Origin: Octopus bimaculoides
Taxonomy: Eukaryota
NCBI RefSeq assembly: GCF_001194135.2
Contig: NC_068985.1
Location: forward strand, 11,144,509-11,199,776
Reading direction: 5' to 3'
DNA: 55,268 nucleotides
Below, in pieces: positions 25,957-37,800 of the stretch. The number at the start of each line of letters is the position of its first letter. The stretch's first letter is position 1. A model generated the notes under the pieces. The model did no database searches. It saw only the letters and a list, made by a program, of their open reading frames with translations, and was not told where the DNA came from. The position numbers were made by a program, and so were the translations under genes.

Positions 25957-26039
25957 CAGATGGTGGCCTACTGAATACATAATGCATAGAAAAAAGAAAA
26001 AGAAAAAGAATGCCATGCACAATTTTATCACCTACTTTC

Positions 26040-26165
26040 ACTTTGAGATCAATTCCCGCCATGGTAGCTTACGTTGATAAAGTACGCACCTGTCAAGTAC
26101 CGGAGTTGATTTAATCGATTACAACTCTCTCTACAAATTCATGGCCTTTTGCCAAATTTAGAAAC
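26040..26165 (+). mobile_element. SINE family B, highly diverged fragment
   Basis: GAGTTGATTTAATCGATT...ATGGCCTTTTGCCAAATTTAGAAAC matches the B tail. Confidence 0.5.
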
Positions 26166-26345
26166 GGCTGTATGTTCGACAGTCTGTATCAGTTCGTTTA
26201 GTTGCAGGTGCATATGTATGTATGTATGTATATATGTATGTATATATGTATGTATGCATAGAATTATGTGTGTATTTAGATATAAAGTATTGCATATTGC
26301 GCTAAATGTGGGCGACTGTAGCCATCTAAACTAAAAATATTGTGA

Positions 26346-26520
26346 TGACGTCAAACGCATATCACGTGACTAGAAGCTGAATATCTAGTAATAGCTACTA
26401 GTCTGTTAACTCCGCCTTTAAGCGTGAAAAACATATTATAGCCTGCTTCGAACCCATTCATAAACTGAAGCACATGTCAAGACACACTTATCGTATTTTA
26501 GAGGGAAAGCGCGCATGCGC
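26346..26520. promoter_or_regulatory. Cluster of palindromic TF motifs: CRE, CLEAR-type E-box, NRF1-type
   Basis: TGACGTCA at 26346-26353, TCACGTGAC at 26362-26370, GCGCATGCGC at 26511-26520. No transcript evidence. Confidence 0.35.
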
Positions 26521-26552
26521 AAGGCGTATATGTATACATGTGTATTATAAAC

Positions 26553-26636
<84 letters not shown>

Positions 26637-26750
26637 ACACACAGACATATATATATATAACATAAACACACACGCATACATAGATATTATATACACAAAT
26701 ATTTACTACGTATATATGTATATATATGTGAGTTCGTGTATGTTTGTGTG

Positions 26751-26792
<42 letters not shown>

Positions 26793-27384
26793 CGTGTGTT
26801 TGCGTGTGCATGTGTGCGTGTGTGCGAATGTGTGTGCGTGTGTGGGGGGGAGACATCTGCATTTATATGCATACTTCATTTCGGCGTTTTGGTGATGACG
26901 TTTGTTACGAAGCAATCACTTTCTCCCGGGTTCGAACCTACTCAGCCTCACTTCTTCGACAAGTGTCTTCTTTTATAGCATCGGGCTAATTCTATGCAAA
27001 TGAAAATTGGTTCAAAACACCAAACTGTGTAAGGACTTCAAAGTAACTATTATTTTTATAGAAATCCTCTAGTGTGTTATATATGGAGGTGAGTGTGTGC
27101 ATGTGCATAACTATGTATGCTTGTGCTTAACTATGTGTGCATAGAGAGTATATGTTTCTACGTGTGCTGTGTAAACGCTAATGTTGTTTGGGCTATGTCA
27201 CTTGAAGCCCCGTGGTTTATTTATTATGCGAATAGTTAGCAATGCAGAAATACCGAAATTAAAGACGCAACTAAGTTCACGTTATCGAACAGAACTTAAT
27301 ACTTCGACCTGCAACAGACACATATACGCTATAACATTCTCCTACCGTTTTGTGGTGCACATTTTCGCACAAATTTCGTATACT

Positions 27385-27460
27385 CAACTGGTACTTATTT
27401 TATCTATCCCAAGAGGATGAATGGCAAAGTGAATCCCGGCGGAATTTAAACTCACGGACA
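27385..27460 (-). mobile_element. SINE family B core fragment
   Basis: CTGGTACTTATTTTATCTATCCCAAGAGGATGAATGGCAAAG...GGCGGAATTTAAACTC is the reverse complement of the B core. Confidence 0.7.
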
Positions 27461-30065
27461 AAATGACGCTAATTATTTAGCCGTCATTATCTATTCATTA
27501 ATGTTCATTACCAGAGTATCTTCGTAACTAATATAGTGTAGTGCACAATTTAACATGCACCATTTAGTTCTATTCTTTATATTTTGTGTCCAAATTCAAC
27601 CTCCAGGTTTGCGTCTGTATTAAAAGTAATCCTTACTGTATTTTTGATTTCGTCGAGCGTTGCTATGATCAGACAGACTTGAATTTGTCATTAAAAGCAA
27701 TTTGTATCTTACCCTTTTTACTTTATTATTTGGGGGATTATTTCCTCAAAATATGGCATTTATTATTATTACGTGTATTCCTGGGTGATTACATCTGCGT
27801 TCTATGGCGAAGAATTCTGGTAAAGAGAGTCATGATCAACTTCCAATAATTTGGTGCTCACAGTGGACAAAATCGACATTGTACTAGAGTCATTTGTTTA
27901 AATATTTTCTACATTTCAACTTTTGCGAGAAGTGTTGCGAGAAGTGTTGTTCATCACTTTTGGCCCCCACAGTGATAAAATGACAACCGGAAAAGAGGGA
28001 GCCTTTACTGCTAAAATACATTGAACACGAATAACATGGACAGGAATCGGCAATACAAAATAACAATATGAAGTGCACGATACGAAGTGGAACATCCGCA
28101 TTTAACCGCAGAGACAATGATTGTCACATCAGCTACAAGACTGGAACCAATACCGACAGCAACAACAGCAACAACAATACTAACGATGGTTAAAAACAGT
28201 AAAAGAAACAGCACTTTCGAGACCCACAACATTACCAACAACAGCAAAAACAGAAAATCGTAAAGCAAAATAATAATAAACAAAAAAATAAAATAAAAAC
28301 AATGAATCCAGTATCTCGCAGCCTTACATGGGATCACTTAACTATGTTGTGACGACGGTGACGATAAGGTTAAATGGCAAAAAGATACCAATGGAGAGAA
28401 ATGAAAAAAAACAAAAAACAAAAACAAAACAAAACACAAAATACCTGTCAGATTCGAACAAATGGAGGAAATAATTTTGAGCACCAATGTCCCCAACTAC
28501 ATCTAGACGGCTACTATCATCACAATCACCAGCGCAAGCCCAAACACAAGTAATTCATACACAACAGCAACAGTCAGATCACACGCCATAATACGAAAAC
28601 AAAGTGATACCAGTAGCTACACGTGTCATCGATACATATAATAGGGGCTTATCAATCAATCACATACACAAACATACAATCATCACACACAAGAAATGCA
28701 TTGCGTCAAGCAATACCATTCTATCTCATATAATAATATCATCAAATATGACAACTCTCAGCATCTTAAAAACAAATAACCCATCCACCAAGTAATTAGC
28801 TGACTTCAGAAGAAATATAAGCAAGATTACATAAAAAGAATACACCTCGAGGAAATAACTACAGCCGGGGCGAGGTGGAGGACGAAACACCTATTCTTCC
28901 ATAAAAATGATTTAGTCTGATAATTTATTACCTTCCTCCATCTGTCGAGCACGGCATTACGAAGAGCAGACAACGTAACTGCTCGTAAATAGGGTTAAAT
29001 CAGAAGTAGAGTGACCGGGTCGAGGTCATTGAATCTCTAGATATTGATGCATTGATAAGCAGCGAGATGAGGTTTTGCAATCCACCAGCTTTCATGCTTG
29101 CTTTCAAAGAATTCAAGATTCATCTACAGATTCATTAGGCTTGTGAGATGGAACGATTCCGTTGTTTCGGAATGGATTGACTCTCAAGATACGGACAACT
29201 GACTTGTAGTCTGAAGGTCGATTGTTGGTCATGGATGTGAACTGCCGTGAAGGAGGTTATGAAAACTTATGTCGTGTCTGACGTGGTGTGGCTTGGAAAG
29301 ATAATTCTCTCAGTAGACACATTCATTTACTACCAGTAATATATCACCTGCGATGTTTGTGCAAGCTCCACACCTCACGCAATCATTGTAATATCCTTTC
29401 AATTCGGCACCTCTATGGCGAATATGATAAAAAAATATCCATCGTTACCATTACGACCTTCGTCATAAACGTAGTTGTTATAGACATTAGGTTCTTCGTT
29501 AGGATAATCATCAACCTCCTCCTCCTCCTCCTCCTCNNNNNNNNNNNNNNNNNNNNNNNNNNNNNNNNNNNNNNNNNNNNNNNNNNNNNNNNNNNNNNNN
29601 NNNNNNNNNNNNNNNNNNNNNNNNNNNNNNNNNNNNNNNNNNNNNNNNNNNNNNNNNNNNNNNNNNNNNNNNNNNNNNNNNNNNNNNNNNNNNNNNNNNN
29701 NNNNNNNNNNNNNNNNNNNNNNNNNNNNNNNNNNNNNNNNNNNNNNNNNNNNNNNNNNNNNNNNNNNNNNNNNNNNNNNNNNNNNNNNNNNNNNNNNNNN
29801 NNNNNNNNNNNNNNNNNNNNNNNNNNNNNNNNNNNNNNNNNNNNNNNNNNNNNNNNNNNNNNNNNNNNNNNNNNNNNNNNNNNNNNNNNNNNNNNNNNNN
29901 NNNNNNNNNNNNNNNNNNNNNNNNNNNNNNNNNNNNNNNNNNNNNNNNNNNNNNNNNNNNNNNNNNNNNNNNNNNNNNNNNNNNNNNNNNNNNNNNNNNN
30001 NNNNNNNNNNNNNNNNNNNNNNNNNNNNNNNNNNNNNNNNNNNNNNNNNNNNNNNNNNNNNNNNN

Positions 30066-30113
<48 letters not shown>

Positions 30114-31526
30114 GAATATATATATAGATATACATACATACGTATACACATACGCACACACGCACATATATATACATATACATACACACAAGCATTCACA
30201 CATACACTACCACATGCACACACACACACAAACACACACACACACACATACACACACGCACGCACAAATACACACACATACGTGTATAAAATTCTCTGAG
30301 AATGCATTTTAGCTATTCTTTTTACTAAAGCAAAATTCGTGACGAAAATGCAACCCATTCTCAATATGTTACATATTTTCTTCATCTTCGTGTCTCGATA
30401 TATTTTATATTCCCTTTGACTTTTTTTATTACTTTATTTATCACAGTCGAAAATACTTCTTTCCACTATAAATCTGTTATTCCTAGATATGAATGCCTGT
30501 AGAAAATGATTGAATATGTCAACGCCTTACTTTAACAATTTTTACTGTCGTAACTAAAACGCATTATTTCGTGAATGCTATTGATACCCATATCAATTGG
30601 CATGAGATCTTATATGGATCAGTAGCAGCTTTGCTGTTGTTTTTTGTTGTTGTTATTATCTTTTCTTCTTAACCCTGTGTCAAATGTTGTTAAGTATACA
30701 TGTGATTAAATGCAATATTTCTTTTTCTGTAAGATCTTTATTCTAGAACAACGTTGTTTCCAGTTTGTTCTTTTTCAAGCCAACTTTGTTTCATAAGGTG
30801 GTAGTGAAAGTCGGTCGTGCCTTTGTACCCTAGAGGTGTTCTACAGGCCCGATTTAGATATCTATACTTCCAAAAGGTGATTCAAATCCAGGTTAATATA
30901 GTCACCTTTTGGTGAGCTTCTATTTATTGCAAAACGCTACTACTTTAAATCTATAAAACTGTGAATGTGGCATTTGATGGCTCAAGTTGTTGATGCTCTG
31001 GTGACCATTGATTTTCCAACACAATAATCAAACTTAACTACTGAGATCATGGCGTTCTATCCGTCATAAACTATAGCTTTGACAAAAAAAAAAAACGAAT
31101 GTGCTCTTTTTTAAAACTCTCCAGTGAGATTCACAGAGATTAGGTATCTATTTCTAGCATACAGTTCAAATACGTCGGGTCCCTGGGGAATAGGTAATTA
31201 TTGATGCTGTTGATGTTATTCAGTTCCATATCAAACATTATCAATCAAAACTTTTATCAATGATGATACAATCATAGATATCCTATTGGTGTTAGAAGGC
31301 ACCATTGAAGTAGAATGGGTGCATTCCGTGATTCGAACCAATTCCAACTATTTTCGTTGCATTCGTCACTTTTCAGTTTAGACACCACCAATGTAGAACT
31401 ATATTGGTAATGGTTTTTTCCGTTCTGCTTTATGACATCAGCGAAGGAGCCTAAGAACATTTAGTGGCTATTTTTTCATAATGAAGTGTTCACATAAACG
31501 TATTTAGCAAAACGTTAAGTATGTTA

Positions 31527-31872
31527 TTTACATTTGACGTGTCCTCATCTTGTTTGTTGTAAACAAAACGTTTCGGTTGATATACACTCCAGCCTTCATC
31601 GGGTGTCTTGGGGAAATTTCGAACCTGCGTTCTCATTCATAAGGTATTTTTTGATGTTATTATTATTCAAATTCCTGCCTGGAATTGAACTTGGAATCTT
31701 GGGTTCGTAGCTCGCGCTCTTAACTAATATGCCATATGCGCGTGGGAAATTATGAAGTGAATTTTAGGGCTTATAAATCTAATATTTTCCTATCAAAACG
31801 AGGCCAAATATCCGTCAAATGTAAATAATGCAAATAATGTACATAATTCCTCATCTCTTAAATATAGAACGG
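31527..31872 (-). mobile_element. tRNA-headed SINE-like element with a Penelope-type 3' region
   Basis: A-box-like TGGCATATTAG (31724-31734) and B-box GTTCAATTCC (31681-31690) on the minus strand. A hammerhead-like motif lies downstream. A 16-bp inverted terminal copy occurs at 31524-31539 and 31813-31828. Flanking direct repeat TAAGTATGTTA at 31516-31526 and 31873-31883. Confidence 0.7.
31562..31608 (-). ncRNA. Minimal type I hammerhead ribozyme motif (degenerate copy)
   Basis: Minus strand reads AGACAC-CCGAUGA-A-GGCUGG-AGUGUAUA-UCAACC-GAAAC-GU-U-UUGUU. This is the core C(U>C)GAUGA, stem II, GAAA, palindromic ACGU stem III, and a stem I partner. Confidence 0.7.
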
Positions 31873-32360
31873 TAAGTATGTTAGTTTCCATACTAACAAA
31901 GTTTTAAATGAACGAAAATCCTATTTCGGAACTTATGCGCTTGAAAATACGCTAGAAATGCATTTAAGCTATAAACCAAGCTGGTTTATATATCACTGCT
32001 CGGACGATGTCTTTGTTTCATGATGTTATCCATCACATATTGCGCTGAAATATTTAATAATGTCTTGCATCCATTCAAAAACCTTTACAAAGAGCGACTC
32101 ACTGTTGCTAGCCTCTACACACCCAAGAACACTAATAATATCATGATTGTCTTGCATAATACAAATCACTAAATAATTCACACAATTTTCATGAATATCT
32201 TCATTGTTACACATCCTCAGAAAAAAGCACTGCTTGGAACCTCTCGAATACTCTGGAAGGTGCTCGAAAAATAAGGGGTGTAATCTTAGTTCACTGGTAT
32301 TGAACAACTGGCACCGTACTACATCTCCAGCGTTAGAAGTAGTGCAAAGGCAACAACAAC

Positions 32361-32361
<1 letters not shown>

Positions 32362-32413
<52 letters not shown>

Positions 32414-32432
32414 TAATAATAATGATAATAAT
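32362..32432. repeat. (TAA)n microsatellite at the 5' junction of the R4/Dong element
   Basis: Directly visible. Confidence 0.95.
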
Positions 32433-33286
32433 GGCCTCTGGCTTGAAATCAGAAACAGAGGGGTTTATCATAGCAGTCCAAAATCAATGCCTACCTACAA
32501 AGAACTACCAGGCCAACATATTAAAGAACGGCAGCTCCCCATTACGTCGTATATGCCAACAACAAAATGAGACCATCGATCATGTTGTCTCCATGTGCGG
32601 TTTGCTTGCGCCTACAGAGTATCTCAACAGGCATGATAAAGCTGCACAATATATTCACTGGGTAATATGCAAAAACCTGGACTTGCCACATGATAAAAAC
32701 TGGTGGGAACACAAACCACCCCCAGTACTNNNNNNNNNNNNNNNNNNNNNNNNNNNNNNNNNNNNNNNNNNNNNNNNNNNNNNNNNNNNNNNNNNNNNNN
32801 NNNNNNNNNNNNNNNNNNNNNNNNNNNNNNNNNNNNNNNNNNNNNNNNNNNNNNNNNNNNNNNNNNNNNNNNNNNNNNNNNNNNNNNNNNNNNNNNNNNN
32901 NNNNNNNNNNNNNNNNNNNNNNNNNNNNNNNNNNNNNNNNNNNNNNNNNNNNNNNNNNNNNNNNNNNNNNNNNNNNNNNNNNNNNNNNNNNNNNNNNNNN
33001 NNNNNNNNNNNNNNNNNNNNNNNNNNNNNNNNNNNNNNNNNNNNNNNNNNNNNNNNNNNNNNNNNNNNNNNNNNNNNNNNNNNNNNNNNNNNNNNNNNNN
33101 NNNNNNNNNNNNNNNNNNNNNNNNNNNNNNNNNNNNNNNNNTCTCTAGAAGAACACTATGTACAAATCCAAATATATGGTACCCTAGGCATAACACCTAC
33201 ATGAACTTCTAACTTGTTGTCTCTTGAGGTCTCTGGGTGAGACTTGGATCCAACTTGTACAAATGCAAAGCAAAAGTCAAACATAA
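32431..33286 (+). mobile_element. 5'-truncated R4/Dong-clade non-LTR retrotransposon (RLE type)
   Basis: LKSETEGFIIAVQNQCLPTKNY...RRICQQQNETIDHVVSMC (CCHC, first C changed to R)...YLNRHDKAAQYIHWVIC...WWEHKPPPV. The endonuclease region would fall in the gap 32730-33141. (TAA)n on both sides. Confidence 0.85.
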
Positions 33287-33372
<86 letters not shown>

Positions 33373-33529
33373 GTAGTAGTAGTAGTAGTGGTAATAGTGG
33401 TGGTGGTGGTGGTGGTGGTGGTGATTATGGTGGTGGTGATGGTGATAGTAGTTGTAGTAGTGAACACGGACGCGAACAAACAATGAACATGTTGACTTCA
33501 TCAATCTTCAATATACCTTGAGTTTCAAT

Positions 33530-33846
33530 AAAGTATTTAGCTTATTTCTTCGATGTTATTTAAAGCAAGAAATAAATTAAGTACATTGGGAATGCCTACA
33601 TTTTATTTTAAGATATTACCATTCCATTTTGACGTAAACGCAGAGGTAAAATTGACATTAGAAGATCTGTTTCTGAGAAGAAAGAAAATTAAGAGAAAAT
33701 AACAAGGCAAGAAATAATATTTATGGACACAACACATAAATATAAATAAGACTGCAAGTAAAAAAATGTGAGAGAATGACATTTCCACAAAGCAACGTGG
33801 CATAACAGACAAGAGATGTGACAAAACGCTAATATATGTCATGTAA
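33530..33846 (+). repeat. Direct repeat, copy 1 (about 320 bp)
   Basis: Collinear with 34256-34577 from AAAGTATT to GTCATGTAA. Confidence 0.92.
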
Positions 33847-34255
33847 AGGCGGTGAGCAGGCAGAAACGTTAGCACACCGGGCGAAATGCTCAGCGGTATT
33901 TCACCTGTTTTTACGTTCTGAGTTCAAATTCCGCCGGAGTCGACTTTGTCTTTCATCCTTCCAGGGTCGATAAATTAAGTACCATTCATGCACTGGGGTC
34001 GATGTAATCGACTTAATCCATTTGTCTGTCCTTGTTTGTCCCCTCTATTGCCCCTTGTGGGCAATAAAGAAATAAGAAACGTGAGCACACCGGACGAAAT
34101 GTCAAGCGGTATTTCGCCTGTCTTTTCGTTCTGAGTTCAAATTCCGCCGAGGTTGACTGACTTTCATCGATAAATTAAGCGCTAGTTGGGGTTGATCAAA
34201 TCGACTGGCCCCCTCCCGCCAAATTTCGGGCCTTGTCCCTAGTGTAGAAAAGAAT
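33846..34255 (+). mobile_element. Dimeric SINE family B: monomer 1 with tail type 1 (33846-34075), monomer 2 with tail type 2 (34075-34255)
   Basis: Two successive GAAACGT(T/G)AGCACACCGG...GAGTTCAAATTCCGCCG heads with different 3' tails. Confidence 0.88.
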
Positions 34256-34577
34256 AAAGTATTGGACTTGTATCTTCGATGTTATTTAAAACAAGAAATA
34301 AATTTGGCACATTGGGAATGCCCATCTTTTATTTTAAAATATTACCATTCCATTTTGACGTAAACTTAGAGGCAAAATTGACATTATAAGAGCCATTTCT
34401 GAGAACAAAGAAAAATTAAAAGAAAAAAAAAACAAGGCAACAAATAATATTTATGAATAAAATACATAAAAATAAATAAGACTGAAAATAAAAAATGAGA
34501 GAGCGAATGACATTTCCAGAAAGCTACGTGGCATAACAGACAGGAGATGGGACAAAACGCTGATACATGTCATGTAA
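34256..34577 (+). repeat. Direct repeat, copy 2 (about 320 bp)
   Basis: Collinear with 33530-33846, with scattered substitutions and small indels. Confidence 0.92.
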
Positions 34578-35322
34578 TTCTCTCGACAAATGTGGTGAAA
34601 TATAATAATTTGAAACCTTGTTTTTAACGGAAAAAAAACAACTGAACTCTAACATTTGGCTGCATCAAATGTTTTGCCCACAGCGCAAGGTGTCAGCCTA
34701 TACTAGTTGCTATAGAAACGCGTGAGCGTATGAAGGAATATCTCTCTGCTTTTTCAAGAAGGCTCTTACATTCCAGGTTCCGTCCAAATCGTAGAGCTCA
34801 GATATTTCATTTGAAATCATCGTTCAGAGAGGCATATGGAGGTGTCGTGTATATGCTTTGTATTATATGTCATCTGTAAAAACAGGAGCGGGTTTTAAAG
34901 CACGGCCAGATTGACTCTTGAAATATGCATATACACGTGTTACCTTCTCCATCCTATATGCTGTCTACATAAAAATATTTGTATACTAAATGTCGTGACT
35001 TAAATTGCTGTATCTGAATTGTATAGAAAATCTCAAGCGATTAACTTAGAATCTATTTGTTTTATGTCCAATCTATCCAGATCTGGCACCTTACAATTTT
35101 ATTCTGAAGATAAAAAATCACAGCATCAAAATCTTAACGCTACGAGATAATGTCTGATTAATACAGAACAAAGTTAATAAATAAACTTTGTATTTCATAG
35201 AATAAAATCTGATGCTAAACGGTTAGATATATTTTTCTTCACAAATCTATTTTTCCACCGTATAAATGAACTTTTATCCTTTTCTAATTTGTGTCGAATA
35301 CTCTTCGTTTATCTATTCAAGA

Positions 35323-35643
35323 GTGGAGGTGCAATGGCCCAGTGGTTAGGGCAGCAGACTCGCGGTCTGAGGATCGCACTTTCGATTCCCACACCGGGCA
35401 TTGTGAGTGTTTATTGAGCGAAAATACATAAAGCCCAACGAGGCTCCGGCAGGGGGTGGTGGCGACCCCTGTTGTACTCTTTCGTCCCAACTTTCTCTCA
35501 TTATTTCTTCCTGTTTCTTGAGTAACGCTGCGATGGACTGGCGTCCCGTCCAGGTGGGGAGAACACATACGCCATGGAAACCGGGAAACCGGGCCCATGA
35601 GCCTGGCTTGGCTTTAAAAGGGCGGATAAATAAATAAAATGCT
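35323..35643 (+). mobile_element. SINE with family C head and a different (Nin/Deu-like) 3' domain
   Basis: Head matches family C, then CTGCGATGGACTGGCGTCCCGTCCAGG...GAAACCGGGAAACCGGGCCC. TSD TATTCAAGA at 35314-35322 and 35644-35652. Confidence 0.85.
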
Positions 35644-36267
35644 TATTCAAGAACCCTTGTACTGTCATAGTTACCCATTTTTTTTCAGCGTGATATTTTG
35701 TTTCGAAAAAAAAAAGTTGTTAATTAACCCATTTATTTTCACAATTCATAAATACATCCTGAGGATCTGCATGCATTACATTTTCAGTTTTTAAAATTAT
35801 GTTCGAGTTATTTATAACCCGGTTAGCTATATCAGATCTTGCTCGTTGCAAGTTTGAAATGCGGTAGTATTGTCCAGCCAACATAGTTCTATACTCCACT
35901 ATGAAAATGGATTTACTCGACGCGAGCATGGAAACGACTGAGTATCCATAAATAACATCATTTTTTATGCACGCCCATTATAGAAAATTTGCGTTGCAAT
36001 TATATTGCTACTTTGTTTTTATTTTGTCAGGAAGCATGTTTTCTCATTTCTTTTGTGGTGGAGGACGTTGAAGTCTTCGGGATTATTTATAAACATATAT
36101 ACATACATACATACATATATATANNNNNNNNNNNNNNNNNNNNNNNNNNNNNNNNNNNNNNNNNNNNNNNNNNNNNNNNNNNNNNNNNNNNNNNNNNNNN
36201 NNNNNNNNNNNNNNNNNNNNNNNNNNNNNNNNNNNNNNNNNNNNNNNNNNNNNNNNNNNNNNNNNNN

Positions 36268-36304
<37 letters not shown>

Positions 36305-36307
<3 letters not shown>

Positions 36308-36472
36308 CTTTTATTCTTTTACTTGTTTCAGTCATTTGACTGCGGACATGCTGGAGCATCGCCTTTTAGTCGTACAAATCGACCCCACGACTTATTCTTT
36401 GTAAGCCTCGTACTTATTTTAGCGGTCTCCTTTGCTGAACTGTTAAGTAACTGGAACATAAACACCCCAGCA
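36305..36472 (-). mobile_element. SINE family A, 3' fragment
   Basis: Tail and 3' domain next to (TA)n. Confidence 0.85.
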
Positions 36473-37750
36473 ATGAACGTTATTATAGAATCTTAATAAG
36501 GTTTCATTTTTTATAGGAAAACTGTTATGTTGAGTTTGATATTAGTTTGCATTGTGTACCCTATCACATCACCTCTAACATTTCATCACCTCTACTTTCT
36601 TCCGAGACCACAATTCATATTATATTTCATACGCTCAAAGTGAAGGAAAACCATTATTGTCCACTAGAAACGAGAAGAAACTAAACTTGTCGCATCTATG
36701 ACAAATGCATAATAGCTATATATGGTTAAATGTTATCGGATTCATATCAACATTTATGGATGCGATGAAACATTTAGAGAATATTCAACTTAGAGTGAAT
36801 AGATCCGTACTCATGTGGAATTGATTCACATCCAGTGAATCCTTTAATTTATCCTGAATCTTACCTCTGCATTATTATTTTATTTTCGTATGTATTCATT
36901 TCTACTGTATGTGTATATATCTCTTTGTTTCAAACTAAAACGAGGGACATAGTTTGACAGCATAAATTAGGTATAGCTTATTTCTAAATATATTTTCGTA
37001 CGATGCGTACTCCGATATGACAGTTACTAAAATAAAGGTGGCACAAAAAGGAATATGAATGTGAAATATATATCGAAAATAAATGGCTGCGTTTTACGCG
37101 ACTTCGCATTTCATATTCTCATTTATATTCATTTTTTGTGATATTTTTATGAGAACTATTTAAAAAAAGACAATACTGAGAATGATGGAGATCACGATGT
37201 TCTCCGTTCTGTATTTTTAAGTCTTCTTTAATTTCTTTTTCATTATTTGGTCTTCCGTTTAATACTTATTTTTTTTAGTTCTCTGTTTTCACCCGTAAAT
37301 TAGTTTTTTGTTTTCTAAGCTTTCTATTTATTGTCTATTGAAATCACGTGAAAATATATTTCCAGGCAATATTCGTGTCATTCTATTCATTTGGATTTCA
37401 TTCGTGTATAAATTTGAAATATAAGAAATTATTATATTTTTGTCATATGTTTGGATGTATGCTTAAGGAGTTCCCGTCGCAATAAAGTAGTCTCATTTTC
37501 AGTCCCACTTCGCAGTACCTGTATTCCCTGACCAGATAGATTTGGTAGCTAAAAACTGTCTGGAAGTCACTGGGATGTATATCTATCTAAAAGCAACTTG
37601 GACCTGTTAATGACCTACAAAAGAGGGATTAAATTTGATGAAGGTTAGTGGAACAGACATTTGTGGTTGACGAAAGATTTGTATCAGGGTCTAATTATTG
37701 TTTTGGAATTCTAATTAAAAACGGTACGAAAGTTTATTGTAACTTCTCCC

Positions 37751-37800
<50 letters not shown>

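Noticed and set aside
31278-31380. Peptide DILLVLEGTIEVE resembling Kir-channel or cNMP-domain motifs
   Set aside because: The match is short, similarity does not extend, splice signals are weak, and a stop follows soon after.
35043-35226. Possible piggyBac-like MITE remnant
   Set aside because: It resembles a remembered repeat only. The termini are too degenerate to show TTAA TSDs or TIRs here.
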